Source: the human T2T-CHM13v2.0 reference genome, Homo sapiens
Assembly: GCF_009914755.1 (NCBI RefSeq)
Contig: NC_060927.1
DNA: 64,000 bases
Direction: 5' to 3' (one strand)
The translations under genes and the position numbers were made by a program. Positions 43,655 to 59,726 of this stretch are shown piece after piece (the stretch's first letter is position 1; every line of letters starts with the position of its first letter). Below the pieces are notes generated by a model. That model ran no database searches. It saw only the letters and a list, made by a program, of their open reading frames with translations, and was not told where the DNA came from.

Positions 43655-44065
43655 ATTCTCAGTCTTTTTTGCATTGCTGAAAAGGAATACTTGAGGCTGG
43701 GTTATTTACAAGGAAAGAGGTTTACTTGGCTCATGGTTCTTCCAGCTGTACAAGAAGCATGGCACCAGCATCTGTGTGTGGTGACAGCCTCAGGAAACTT
43801 ACAATTATGACAGAGGGCAAAGGGGCAGCAGGCATGCCACAAGGTCAGAGAGGGAGCAAGAGAGAGGCGAATCTCTTTTAAAAACAAACAGCTCTTGCAT
43901 GAACTAATACAGCAGGAATTTACTCATTACCCAAGGAATGGCACCAAGTCATTCATGAACAGTCTTCCCCCCATGGCCCAAACACCTCGCACTAGGCCCC
44001 ACCTCCCATCTAGGGGTCAGATTTCGACACGACATTTGGAGTGGACAAACATCCAAACTATATCA
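43655..44065 (-). mobile_element. MSTB-like MaLR solo LTR
   Basis: GCTGTACAAGAAGCATGGCACCAGCATCTG...GACAAACATCCAAACTATATCA; TSD GTGAC/GTGAT. Confidence 0.85.
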
Positions 44066-44165
44066 GTGATATAACAAAATAAGCAGATTGTCATTCAAAT
44101 CCACACACACTGCCTTCCTGAGAGTCCTGTCTGACCTGACTGCCAAGGCCAAAGGCCAGGTCAAA

Positions 44166-44466
44166 TTTTTTTTTTTTTTTTTTAGATGGCATCTAGCTCT
44201 GTTGCCCAGGCTGGAGTGCAGTGATGTGATCTCGGCTCACTGCAACCTCTACCTCCTTCCTGGGTTCAAGCAGTTCTCCTGCCCCAGCCTCGTGAATAGC
44301 TGGGATTACAGGCGTCTGCCACCGCACCCAGCTAATTTTTGTATTTTTAGTAGAGATGGGGTTTCACTATGTTGGCCAGGCTACTCTCAAACTCCTGACC
44401 TCATGATCCACCCGCTTCAGCCTCCCAAAGTGCTGGGATTACAAGCGTGAGCCACGGTGCCTGGCC
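44166..44466 (-). mobile_element. AluS
   Basis: Poly-T followed by a full antisense Alu. Confidence 0.95.
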
Positions 44467-47006
44467 CAGGAAAAAAATTTAAACATCAGGATTCATGGTT
44501 TCATACTGAGATTCTGAATGATGGGGTCAGACAGGAATGAATTTGTATTCTAAATATTTTACTGACTACCTCTCTCATATTTCTCAAAATGTAAAATAAG
44601 GGTACTGATTAGCTCTTTTGTTAGCTTAGGAAAAATAAATATCATGAACCTACTGTGGTTCCAGTTAGGAAATAGACCCTCCATAATTGATACTTTTATA
44701 ATTAGTATTATTTGGTTGTAAATATTAGGCTATCACATTAGATTTTTGGCAGTTCAACTGTTCCAGGGTTGGCTTTTCTCTTCCTGGCATCTTAGCCAGA
44801 AAGAAAAGAATGCCTAGAATTTCTGTTAGCACTTAATGAATTTAATCAGCCCCCGAGGGACTTTTGATGTCAGGGAAATAGTTGACAGAGAAACATGATT
44901 TTTATTCTTTCTGTGTTTCTCTTGGTAGTTGACAGAGCTTTCCCTGGCAGAGGTAACATTACCTGTGCTGAGAGAGGAGTATTAACATGCTGTAAGTGAG
45001 ATGTTAGAACTAAGAGAACACATCCCTGTGGCCTTATATTAAAATGTTCCATGCATATGCTTCTGAATACAATTTAAGCTGCTGCCAATAAGAAAATAAG
45101 CCATTGCCTGAAAATGTGTGATTCAATTGTCTATCATTTTTATGATTTTTTTTTACCCTTTCAGACACATTTTAGAGATTCTTTTTTAAAAACTTTGTTT
45201 TTGGAAATTGAAATGAAAATTATCATCTGGAAATATAAGGGATAATTGTGTTATTCTGTGAAGTATTTTATAAGCTGTAATGTTAAGCAGAAATTTTTAA
45301 TCTTAAGTATGGAAAAATATGTATATGAATTGCTCCATTTGATCCAAGTGATGTTTTATGCTTTTCCTTATGGTTAATGGAAAGGATTATGCTATGTTGA
45401 ATGGCCGGAATATCAGGAGCATGGGTGTCATTTGTTCTCCCAACAACTATTTTTGGGAAGCTAAGTACATGCCAGAACATGTATTAGGACCAGGTGATAT
45501 GGTGCCAAATAATATATGTATATCTTCTGGAATTTTGAGTTTGCTGTCTAATAGGGGGACTGATAACATACAAGTAGAAAAAATACATATTGTGCTAAGT
45601 ACTGTAAAGGAAAGGAAGAGAATATTATGATCGAGAAGCAGAGGTTATAGTTCCGCACCACAACTAATTTATTGTGTGACCCTCTGATAGGCTACTGATG
45701 ATGAGTGGGCACCGAGCTTCTATAAATTTGACGAATTAATCCTTTGACCATTATGGCGTGATCCTCTTTTTATTCCTGATGATGCTTGTTGACAAAATAT
45801 TACTTCATTTAAATTAAATTTGCCTGAGATTTCCTTTCTAATTTGTTTTCAACCTTTATGTTTAGTTTAGGTGTATCTCCTTTCAGCAGCGTGTAGTTGG
45901 ATTTTTTCAGTGTGAATTTTCCCCCCTTCTTTTTTACTAAGGGAATTGAATTTTTTTGCACTTATTTTGATTCCTGAAATATTTTTAACATTCTTTCCAT
46001 CACCTTACTTTGTGTCAGGTTTTTTGTTTCTAAATGTGTCTCCACCTTCTTCTAAATTAACTGGTTTTCTTAATTCCATTAATTTCTTATTATTTCGGAC
46101 ATTTCACTGTTTTCATTTTTAGTGTGCTCTGCCAAATTTTAACCTTAGCAAAGTCAAATTTAATGTTCCCAAATAAAACCTAAAATTCTTTAACTCAAAT
46201 TGTATCACTCAAAGTTCCAAGTTATTTTCTATGCATATTATTTTAGCTCAACTTTTTCTTCCTCTTAGTAATTATTATTATATTTAATACATTCAGGTTT
46301 TAACTTACATAGATTTTCTTATATACTGACCAGTTTATTTCTTATCATTGCTTCCAGCATCCCACTTCCTTTTGCTCAAAAGTTCCTATTAAATTTTTAG
46401 TAGCTTCTTTTAATGGTAAACTCTCTAATTTTTTTGTATCACTAAATATTTTTCTTTTGCTGTTATTTTTGAATAATGTTAAGCTAGGATTGGAATTCTT
46501 AGTTAATGGTATTTTCCCCTCAATACCATGAAGATATTGTTGTATTGTTTTCTATCCTTTATTACTACAGATAATGAAATCTGCTGTTAGTCAAATTGAT
46601 ATGCTTATGTATGTGATCTGTCTTTTTCTTTCCTGCTCACTTTTAAGATATTTCTTACATTTGGAGTTCTGCAGTTTCACAATGATAAGTCCAAGTATGC
46701 ATTTTTGTTGAGTTTTTCTCTTAAGTTATTCTGTTTTCCAACCTCAGGACACACTTTTTTCCAGTTGTAGAAAATTCTCATTTATTATTTATGTGAATAT
46801 TGGTATTTCTAAAATTACTTTTGTTGTCTCTTTTCTGCATTCTTAAACATATTTGGACCATTTATTTCTCCTATCCATAACTCCTAGCTAGCCAGCCTTT
46901 CACTTTTTTCTTTATGTCTTCATTTTGCATTATAAGAAAATTCCTCTGGAGTCCTTCAGTTTTTAAATTTGTTGTTCATCAGTGTCTATTCTGCTACTTA
47001 ACTTTT

Positions 47007-47720
<714 letters not shown>

Positions 47721-49519
47721 TAGAAGCTCTTTTTGGTTTATCTTTTTTTTAAGTCATGTTTTCTTGCTTTATCATGGATTCAGTTCCTTTTTATTTGTAA
47801 TTCCTTTACATACTCTTAATTTCTCCTCATGTTCATTAATCTTTTATTATTTTTATTGTTTATACTGTATGTTTCTTTTACTGTGCCAACTGAATTTTTT
47901 CATGGTAGTTTTTATTTCCACATATAGTTCGTAATTTTATAGTTTGAGCCCACCTTAGTGAACTACTTCCTTTCTTTGGGAATGTTGTGAACTCTGTGTT
48001 GTGACAGCATTCCCCAAGAGTGGTTCTGCTTTTGCTTTTATTGAGTCTTTAGGATATAAAAGGTCACATATCAGTTTTTGTTAACTTCTTGCATTTTATA
48101 AGTAGAGTAAATTAGATCATATACTTAACGCTTGGCCCAGCCGTGAGGTTTTTATTTCTTATAGGGGTCATATTGAGTCCAAAGACAACAGAATTCCTCA
48201 CTTCTTGTTCAGGCCATTTGCATCATTTTTCTACCTTCTTTTCATGGATTTAGGGAATCTGTGTTTTATATAGGGACTTTAGATATATCTCCCTGTGCTT
48301 GGAAGACTATGTCTCCTGTCCCTCCTTAGACATCAAAACCCTGGCTCACCAGCCCTCAGGCCTATAGCGAGAACCACCCTGTCCCTGAACCACCACCACA
48401 TTAACTGAAACTTATTGCAGAGTCTTCAGTTCCTCTGTTCCTTTATCAGACCTTCAGCATTCCATTTCCTTTCCTTAAACTTGATAGATTTTTTTAAATT
48501 GTTTTACTTATATTTTATTCATTATTTTTCTGTGCCTTTAGGTGGTCATTGATCTATATTAGCTGGGTTCATTATGTTTTCAAAACTGGAAGTTTCTAAC
48601 ATCAGCTTCCTAGCCTATAAAAAATTATTCAAGTTGCATTATCCACAATGCTCTTTTAACCCTATGACTCATATCTTAATATGAACTAATACGAAGAAAA
48701 ACAAGAATTAATACCAGGTCTCTTGTCTTCTTTCCATTTTGATATTAATCAATTGTGTCATGTTAGACAAGTCATTAAACTTTCTTGGGCTCAAGCTTCC
48801 CCAGCTATAAAATCAGAAGTTGAAACTATATGCCTTAGATAAATGCATTCTCTTCTCCAAGCTAAGCAAGTTTAAATCTGATGAGCTTTTAGGAAAGATA
48901 CAACTTTGTCCTCAGTACTATAATATTTGATTCTTTAATTATTTCCAGCTGAAGTCTTTTAAAATTTACATTATTGCAATAAATGTTTTACCCGAACTGG
49001 TTTGGTAAATATTTTATATGCATCTGTATATAAAGAACCATCATATCTTATTATACCTAGAAATGAATGCAATTATGTTTGCCATTTTAAGGGTCTCAAG
49101 AGTTAATATTAACAAAGTGCTTGTTGACGTATTTTTTTTTTCACATGACCTTCTGAAGCCAGCCTGCACTACTGCCTTTTACATAAGTAAATTAGGGTAC
49201 ATTTTTAACCTTTTCATGTTTAAACTAAGACACATAGTAGCTCTTCAAAATTGCAAAACAGTCTTTAGAACATTTAGTACACAATAACCCTTCTAATTGC
49301 ACGTGAAATGAAGGACTGTAAACTTCATAAGTCACCCAGAAGAACACAGTGTAATTCCCTTTAGAGTATCCTCTTTAAAAGTGGTCTCAGAATCAGACTC
49401 CATGATTTCAGCAACACAGTCAAAGATGTACTAACAGATATTACCTAGGTTGCCAATGAATTGCTGTCAGTTCATGTTTTATCCATGAAAATTTTAAGGA
49501 AAATGTAAAAATGATACAT

Positions 49520-49890
49520 TTGTTTGAACTTGTAGAGAAAATTATGAAAAATCCAAGCTTGTAGGGAATGATGGACTATCTGCAGAATATTAGCATAGCT
49601 CTGATTTTGCAAACACGTGGACTCAGATAATCTTACCCAGTGGAGACATACCAATGCAAAGTGAACTAAGATCTTGGAGTACTAATGGACCTATATAACA
49701 CATTGAGAATGTTGAAACAACCCGAAACAAGCTAGAGAAATTGGAGAAGCTTAAACCTGAGGATTGGTGCCCTGAAATGGAAGAGAAACAACAGTCAACT
49801 TTATATGAACAGGATGAGATAGCATACAACAGGATGATATTAACATATCTCTGAGCCTGTGAGGGACAGGGAACAGACTTAGAGCAATCC
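49520..49890 (+). mobile_element. Ancient CR1/L3-like LINE ORF2 remnant
   Basis: GAT CTT GGA GTA CTA ATG GAC translates to DLGVLMD, resembling the KDLGV-x-D motif downstream of the RT domain in CR1/L2 LINEs; surrounding frames are broken. Confidence 0.4.
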
Positions 49891-51339
49891 ACCCTTGCCG
49901 TTAAGATCTATTTTGAAGTGAGACAGGCGCTTGTCTCAAAGGTCAGGGACTAAATGTGTCTTAGAGAAGTCATCGTGGTTGTTTTACCTTTTCATCCACC
50001 TTTGAAATAAAAGATTAGAGATAAGATGAAATCTAACTAGATCCTTGCTAGGAGAATGAAGTTTTAAAAGGAGAGCCATAGTCACAGCTGTCTTCAGAGT
50101 AGGTAGATGCCAAGTCTTAGGGAAGTACAGGATTAACCATGTTGATAATGACAGAACCTAAGGTATCCCCAGCAGTCTTGTTTAAGAGTGTAAAAAACAA
50201 GGATTAGGAGAGCAGGTGATTGGACGCAGCTGCTGAATAATCTTCTTAACCTCATCTTTACTCCACAGGGAGAAAAATAACAGGAAAATAAAAGCTTCCA
50301 CCAAGTGGTTGATGGCAGTGAAACAAAAGGAGCATCAAAAAGTACACAAGGACAGATTTGTCCTGATGCTAATAATTCTGAACAAAAGGGCCAGGAAATT
50401 GCTGTAAAGTGCTCTGTACTAGTGTAAGATAAATACATAATTAGTATACTTAAATAAAGAAAAAAATAGAGTAGAATTCTAGGAGTGGTTCTTTTTTCTA
50501 GGCACTTCTAAAGCTGTTATTCACTGAGGGCCTAAATACCTTGTAATGTCTCTTCATTAAGTTTTTGTTCATGAAGTAGCGAGAAATGAATAGCTCTCAG
50601 TCAATATTTAATTGATGCTTATACATTGAATTTAATCAGGAACTATCTAAATGACTCACTAACCAACGAAAATTTAAGCAAGGCAAATGTAACAAAGGAA
50701 AATGGGGAGCAAAGCAGGCAAATGGTACCAGATTATGCATGAGTAAGAAATATGCATGAGAGAAAACTTTCATGTTTGAAGCCATTTGCTACATTCCTGG
50801 ATTACTCTAGCACAGCCTAAATAATTCTGATTAATGCAGCCTCCCAACGCATGATATAGTCTGCAATGAAAATGGCCCAAAATATATACCTTAATTTCTG
50901 TACAATGTACTGGTTCCTTGTTTTAGTGATTCTGTATTTGTAAAAGTTCCTATATTGAGTTTGCTTCAACCGTATTGACTGCTGAAGCTCAAGTTCTGTT
51001 TATAGCAAAGGTCAGGGTCTAAATATGTCTTAGAGAAGTCATAGTTATAGTTCTCCATAATTGGAGAACTATATCGTACAACTTCTGCCATGAATGTGAG
51101 ACCATCTAATAGTCAAACTAGAAAGAGTGAACTCATAGAACACCATAAGTAAAATGTACCCCAGATAACATCCAGACCAAATCTCATTTTATAGTGCAGG
51201 AAACTTAGGCGCAGAAATGTTTGGTTAAAAGTGGCACAGATTCACACAAAACCAAAGTCTTGATGTTCAGCATGCAGAAGGAGAGAACGTAGTTTTCCAC
51301 AATTTTTTTTTCTTCCTCAAAGATGGGACAAGGGTGACC

Positions 51340-51995
51340 TTACTCGCATTAAAGAAGTGGATGATACTTAGTTGTATTTGAAAGAAAAAGAGAACAGAGT
51401 TCTCATGCTTTGAAAACAGAAAGTAAATATGTATGATCTCACTTATCCCCCTTTATCTGAGGTAGATACATTCCCCGTGGAGTAGGACAGAGCGTGATTT
51501 CTTCACGCTACTCGGAATGGTGTAGAATTTAAAACTTATGAATTCTTTATTTCTGGAATTTCCCATTTAATATTTTTGGAATGTGGTTGACTGCATCAAC
51601 AAACTCCAGAAAGCAAACCATAGATAAGAGGGGACTACTGTTTATGAAATCTAAAAAAACTGAACTCACAGAAGTAGTAAAATGATGGTTACTGAGGTTG
51701 GGGGTTGAGAGGGGGAGGGAATGGGGGATTGTTGGTCAAAAGGTACAAAGTTTCATGTATAGACAAGAGGAATAGGTTTTGAGATCTACTGCATAGCAAG
51801 GTGACTATAATCAATAATAATGTATATTTACCTAAGAGTAAATTTCAAATGTCTCACCACAAAATAGAGGTGAGGTGATAGATATGTTAATTAGCTCAGT
51901 TTAATCATTTTTGATTTTTACATATATCAAAACATCACATTTTACTCATAAGTGTATACAATTATGATTTATCAATTCATACTAATAAAAACAAA
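51340..51995 (+). mobile_element. L1MA 3'-end fragment interrupted by MER44
   Basis: TGATCTCACTTA...GAAATCTAAAAAAACTGAACTCACAGAAGTAG...TTGGTCAAAAGGTACAAAGTTTCA...AAAACATCACATT. Confidence 0.8.
51445..51640. mobile_element. MER44-like Tigger MITE
   Basis: TIR remnants TCCCCCTTTATCTG and GATAAGAGGGGACTACTG; internal AATTTAAAACTTATGAATT. Confidence 0.7.
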
Positions 51996-52108
51996 CAGGT
52001 CTGGTGCGGTTGCTCATGCCTGTAATCCCAGCACTTTGGGAGGCCCAGGTGGGTGGATCATGAGGTCAGGAGATTGAGACCATCCTGGCTAACACCGTGA
52101 AACGCCGT

Positions 52109-53906
<1,798 letters not shown>

Positions 53907-54137
53907 TTATAAACACATTTTCTTATGACGTAACCTAAAGTAGGTTCCAACATCTCATAACATCTCTTCATCTTGTTGATTAAAAACACGTAAGTTCAGA
54001 GTGGTTACATAAGCTTCCCAATATCTCAGTGTAAATCTGTAGCAGAGATGGGATTCCCATTCAGTTCTATCTTGACTCCAGGGTCAGAATTCATAATCAC
54101 TTCCATATTGCTACAGTTGAATAAGAACTGTATTTTG

Positions 54138-54430
54138 GGCTGGGCATGGTGGCTCATGCCTGTAATCCCAGCACTTTGGGAGGCCGAGGCAGGCGGATCA
54201 CCTGAGGTCAGGAGTTCAATACCAGGCTGGCCAATGTGGCGAAACCCCATCTCTACTAAAAGTGGAAAAATTAGCCAGGTGTGGTGGCAGGTGCCTGTAA
54301 TCCCAGCTACTCAGGAGGCTGAGGCAGGAGAATCACTTGAACCCGGGAGGCGGAGGTTACCGTGAGCCCAGATCGCACCACTGCACTGCAGCCTGGGTGG
54401 CAAGAGCGAGACTCCATCAGAAAAGAAAAA
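54138..54430 (+). mobile_element. AluSx-like
   Basis: Full sense Alu containing GGATCACCTGAGGTCAGGAGTTC. Confidence 0.95.
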
Positions 54431-56018
54431 CCTGAATATTTTGAACCTTAAGTGAAAGGAGTTACATAAGTAGGCTTCAAGAAATGCACCCACCAGAGTG
54501 ATACCAGAGCAACTATTTGCAGTGAAGTACTAATAGGGACTTTGTGTATGAGAGTCTGATATTAGCAGCAGGCAGTTGTGCTGTAGTGCTTTCAGCTGGT
54601 ATTGCAGAAAAAAAAATCACACTTGGCTGTAAGTAAGCTGTTGATTGCTTACACGGGTTTCTGTGGCATGCCAGCTCTCCCTGCCACCTACTCTTCCTTA
54701 TCAAACAGCCAGGAGTTCTAAGTGAGGTGAGAATCCCACTTGACAAGCAGGCATAAACCATTTGAGGAAAATACAAATTAAAAGGCTCCAAGACAGAAAT
54801 AGGAGCATTAGCAGCAGGAAGTGTCTTGGGGATACATTGTGTCAGATTACATCCAGGAGTTGGGAGAATAAGTGAGTCATAGCCTCCCAGTGGATAAGCC
54901 CTGTTGTGTCAGTAGCTGGGCAGCCTCAGAAGCTGTATTAGCTATTTAAAGTTGCCAGAACTGCTGTGAATGCCCCCAAGCTAGCATCTGCTTAGTAACA
55001 TCCTTGAATTATGCGCAGTATGCCTATTTCTCAAGTAGCTTCAGCATTTCTCCTAACTTCTGACCTGTGTCAAAGCATAGTGATAGAATTTTGTTCGTGT
55101 TTAAGGACAGTAATACAGAATAGTAAAGAACTAGAGATATTTTGCTCAAGATCACCTAGCGAGTCAATCAATGAGCTAAAATTACAATGTTGATCTCAAG
55201 GAACTTTTGGTCTGTGTAAAAATATGGAGCATAAATATAATGTCATTGCACACATTTGATCAATGTCTTGGCCAAGAAATCTCAGTTGTCAGAAACAGAA
55301 ACCCTCTTAATTTAGTCCAAACAAGAATTTAGTTTACCTGAAGGATACAGGGAATCTCATAGAACTTACAGCTACGAAGTACAGCTTTGTTCAGGTCAGG
55401 AGCAAAGGTTACCTTTCTGTATTTCTGGGACCTATTTCAGGGACCCTGTGGCACTTAGCATTCTCTCTTCTTCCCCAATCCCCTCCTGCGCCCTCCTCCA
55501 ACCCCTGAAGGTATTTTCTTTCATCTTTGCAGTTTCTTCTTTCTACCTTAGTATGTATTCAGTCGATACTGGCCATCCTAGCTCTAGACTAACATGACCC
55601 ACTGGATTGGGTCTCTGTATCCTAACCAGAGATTCCACAGTGAGAAAAATCTCCTGCTCCAAACAGTTTTTAGTACAAGGAAAAACCAGGACCTCCTAAG
55701 ATAAAGAGTTGCATTCTTGGCAGAGAACCCAAAGATTTTTAAAATACATTCAGAAAATTGCCATCAATGCTCAATTGTAATCTAATTCAAATTGTAGCAG
55801 GGGCAGGGTTTATCCCTGGTTAGTATATAACAACACCGGGAAGCCACTTCCTTCCTGCCTTCCAGACCTCCCCTCAGTTGTTGCCTGGGTGCTTTTTACC
55901 TTGATTGGCTCAGTGTTTCCTGACTGCTAATCTTGTATCAAAGAGAATCCAATACAGGTATTGGTGTTTCCACTTCCTGTTGCTTACGTCATTTCTAGCT
56001 ATTGGTGGGGAGAACAGT

Positions 56019-56644
56019 TGTTACTGGAAAGGGGTCCCAATCAAGACCCTAAGAGAGAGTTCTTGGATCTCACATAAGAATGAATTCGAGAAGAGTCCAT
56101 AAAGTGAAAGCAATTTTATTAAGAAAGTAAAGGAATAAGAGAATGGCTACTCCATAGGCAGAGCAGTGGCATGTGTAGCTGGGTTCCCATTTTTATGGTT
56201 ATTTCTTGATTATATTTTAAACAAGGGGTGGATTATTCATGAGTTTTCCAGTAAAGGGATGGGCAATTCCTGGAACTGAGAGTTCCTCCCCTTTTTAGAC
56301 CGTATAGGGTAACTTCCTGATGCCATGGCATCTGTAAACTGTCATGGCGCTGGTGGGAGTGTCTTTTAGTATGTTAATGGTTTATAATTAGCGTATAATG
56401 AGCAGTGAGGACAACCAGAGGTCACTCTCTTCACTATCTTGGTTTTGGTGGATTTCAGCCAGCTTCTTTACTTCAACCTGTTTTATCAGCAAAGTCTTTC
56501 TGACCTGTATCTTATGCCAACCTCCTATCTCATCCTGTGACTAAGAATGCCCAACCTCCTGGGAATGCAGCCCAGTAGATCTTAGCCTTATTTTACCCAG
56601 CCCCTATTCAAGATGGAGTTGCTCTTGTTCAAACACCTCTGACA
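56019..56644 (-). mobile_element. MER41B-like ERV1 solo LTR
   Basis: TGTTACTGGAAAGGGGTCC...GTTCAAACACCTCTGACA; 4-bp TSD CAGT (56015-56018, 56645-56648); retains the tandem-GAS segment. Confidence 0.9.
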
Positions 56645-56925
56645 CAGTTGCTGTCTTTTTTCAGCTCTGGTCAGGAACTTATTACAGGCAAAGTGCTTTA
56701 CAGCTTAAAAAAGGAGGGATAAGGGAATAGATGCTGTCTTTGGCTTTGGCCTTCTTTGGAATATCTAGCTTCTTAACTAAGAATAAATTTTTATAAGAGA
56801 CATTTAGATACTGTTAAAGACTAGCACTAGACATTTTTACTAGAAATTCCAGGATTGTCAACACAATAAGATTTATGCAGATTAGATGGTATGGTGTTGT
56901 TTATTATTACAACTTGATAACTAGA

Positions 56926-57091
56926 CCAGTACTTCTCAAACTTAAAAGCGCTTACAGACCACTTAGGAATCCTGTTACAAATGCAGATTCTGCCCTAGGA
57001 AGCCTGTATGGTACCTGAGATTTTGCATTTCTAACCAAGACCTAGGTGATCCTGATGCTGGTGACCCACAAACCGTACTTAAGTAGCAATG
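56926..57091. mobile_element. MER5A (hAT-Charlie)
   Basis: CAGTACTTCTCAAACTT...AATGCAGATTC...TTTGCATTTCTAAC...AGGTGATCCTGATGCTG. Confidence 0.8.
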
Positions 57092-58119
57092 ACGTTAAGA
57101 TACTGTTTTCATATCCAGAATCACTGTACTTTTCAGAATAGAAATTAATAGTCTACCTTCTTATTTCAGACCTGAACAAAATGAACTTCAGTTTAGGTGG
57201 GTTACTTGCTTAAGGACAATATAGTTTGTAACAGTGTTGGAATTAAAAGCTAGATTCTGGTGATTCTGTTATACCAACTTAAGGGACTAATATTTATTAT
57301 GTCGATTCCATGCTGTTTTGTTCACTTTACTGAAAATCACTGCATACGTAGCCTTAATTCACTATCGCTGTCTAGTTTTCAGCTCTAGTAGGTATTGTAA
57401 ACATAAACATACACAGAAACAGATTTATCTATTTTCCAGCCAAGCTTTTGCAAAGCAAAATCCAGGCTGCAGAGAGATTGTTGATTGATACTAAAATTTT
57501 GACAGCTGAGAGTATATTTTCAGCAACAAGATGAGTAACTTGGGCTAAAGGAGACTGATGAGAATAAAACTTAGATTTATTAAGGACCTTTCCAGTGAGC
57601 AGTCTGTGTCATTTCTCAATGCAAAAATAAGTAGTGTCCAATTCCAATTATATGATCCTGCAACACGTAATTTAGCTTTGATTAATTGCTATAAATTGCT
57701 ATCATCTTCTTAATCCTGTATGTATTTGGTATCAGGCTTTAATGCCTGTAAATTTAAATACTGGGGTACTCAATGAATTTCCAAAATAATACTCTACAGA
57801 ATACATCCTATTTCATTTAGAAGTTTTTAAAATAACTCCAGCTACTGTCTTTTATGTAATATGTGAATTCTACACTTATCGTTTCGTTTTATAAACCGTA
57901 TGTAGCAGCATCAGTGGATTGGGAACACCTGTGTACCCCATGTGACATTTTACTTAGTGTGGACGAGGGGAAGTCAACTGCAGCAAAATCATTTCTTTTG
58001 ATTTCTAACAATTTCTTCTAGCCTTATCTGTAGGATACTTGACAAAAAAAGGATACAATATTTCTATCTATTTAAGATGTATATCACAGTCCACTTAACA
58101 GTTTGAGGAATGTTTTGGT

Positions 58120-58285
58120 AGTTTCTGTGACCTTGAGTAAGCTTTCCATTTCGAGCCTCCGTTTTTGCAACTACAACATGCAGACAGTAACACCTACCTC
58201 GCAGGATAATATGGATGAAATGACAGCATATTTAAAAGCACTTAACCAGTGCTTGGCATAGGAAGCACTCAGCAAATATTCTTTT
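58120..58285 (+). mobile_element. MIR SINE
   Basis: CTGTGACCTTGAGTAAG...GAGCCTCCGTTTT...AAAGCACTTAACCAGTGCTTGGCATA. Confidence 0.7.
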
Positions 58286-59427
58286 CTTATTTCCTGAAGC
58301 ATTTAATATATTTAGGATTAAGCGATAGCAAAATGATAATTCTCTTTACTTACCTCTGGCATCTAGAATGCTCTTGGTGACTGGAATAAGTTTTAATTGT
58401 AATCAAAACTGAACGATTAATAGTGTAAACTTGCTGAGGGAGAAATAAGGAGGACATGCTTTCCAGAACCAATTAAAAATGATTTTAGATGATCTGCTAT
58501 TTCATATTCCCCACACCATTGCTTTTCCTATTAGCAGGTATAAGTGAGAATTAATGGCAAATAATGGCAACACAAATCAGTACTAAAGTGCATAGTCATT
58601 TTTCATCATGCAGCTAAAACGGTATTATTAATGTCAATTTATTGGTTATATATAATGAACTACTATGCTGGAGTTTTGTAGAAATTATTTTTTATTCCAA
58701 TATAGTTACTTGATCAAGGAGACTAAGTTCCTTTTATAAAATACCAGAGGATGTCATGAATGAAGAAATATGGCTAGTCCGGTGCAGGCTGTGTATGCAG
58801 GAGAATGAGGTTTTCTCTCTCACAATTACGTGAGCCTCTGCAGAGTGTACTTTTTCCTGGCCTCCAGTTGTGGTTAGGTGCTACTGGTAGATTTATAAAT
58901 ATGTCATAGTTATATCAAATATTTTAATCATTCTGAGCCTTTTCGCCTCATCCAAGTAAAACAATTGTCTTCTCCAAATGAAGTATTGTAAATATTTATT
59001 TGCAGATTTTAATCAACCTGTGACAGCCCTCTCATATGATAAAATGGTAACTTTGTAAGATTCGATGCCCCAAAGATACATCTGCACCATTTAATTAGCT
59101 GGATGTGAGTCTACAGTAGAGTCAACTTAGTTTTTACAGATGGGCTTATTTTCTGATTGGAGAGAACCGCATACAGCTATGTAATTATTACAACGTATAA
59201 TGTACAACATACATTATATATATAGTGTATAATACTCCAGTGTTCACTTAGGAGTTCCTATCTGGAATTGGTCTTGTATCTGTTATAAACAATTGTAGTT
59301 TCTGATAGAAGTTACATAAACATGGAGGGATTTTTATTGGTATGATTTCAAACAAATCATTTTCTACCTTAAGACTGAGTCAAATCCAAACTAGCATGTG
59401 CTTAACTGAAATCATGTATATATGATT

Positions 59428-59726
59428 TTGTTTTGTTTTGTTTTTGAGACAGAATCTCGCTCTGTCGCCCAGGCTGGAGTGCAGTGGCAGGATCTAGGCT
59501 CACTGCAAGCCCCGCCTCCCGAATTCACGCCATTCTCCTGACTCAGCCTCCAGAGTAGTTGGGACTACAGGCGCCCACCACCACGCCCTGCTAATTTTTT
59601 GTATTTTTAGTAGAGACAGGGTTTCATCGTCTTAGCCAGGAAGGTCTCTATCTCCTGACCTCGTGATCCACCCGCCTCGGCCTCCCAAAGTGCTGGGATT
59701 AGGGTCGAGAGCCACGGCACCTGGCC
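59428..59726 (-). mobile_element. AluY/AluSc8-like
   Basis: Antisense Alu with CACTGCAAGC and TTCACGCCATTCTCC; TSD GTATATATGATT at 59416-59427 and 59727-59738. Confidence 0.95.

Noticed and set aside
50281-50427. Protein-looking open stretch on the plus strand (ENKSFHQVVDGSETKG...)
   Set aside because: Short, no ATG start, flanked by stops, and no family recognisable; cannot support a call.
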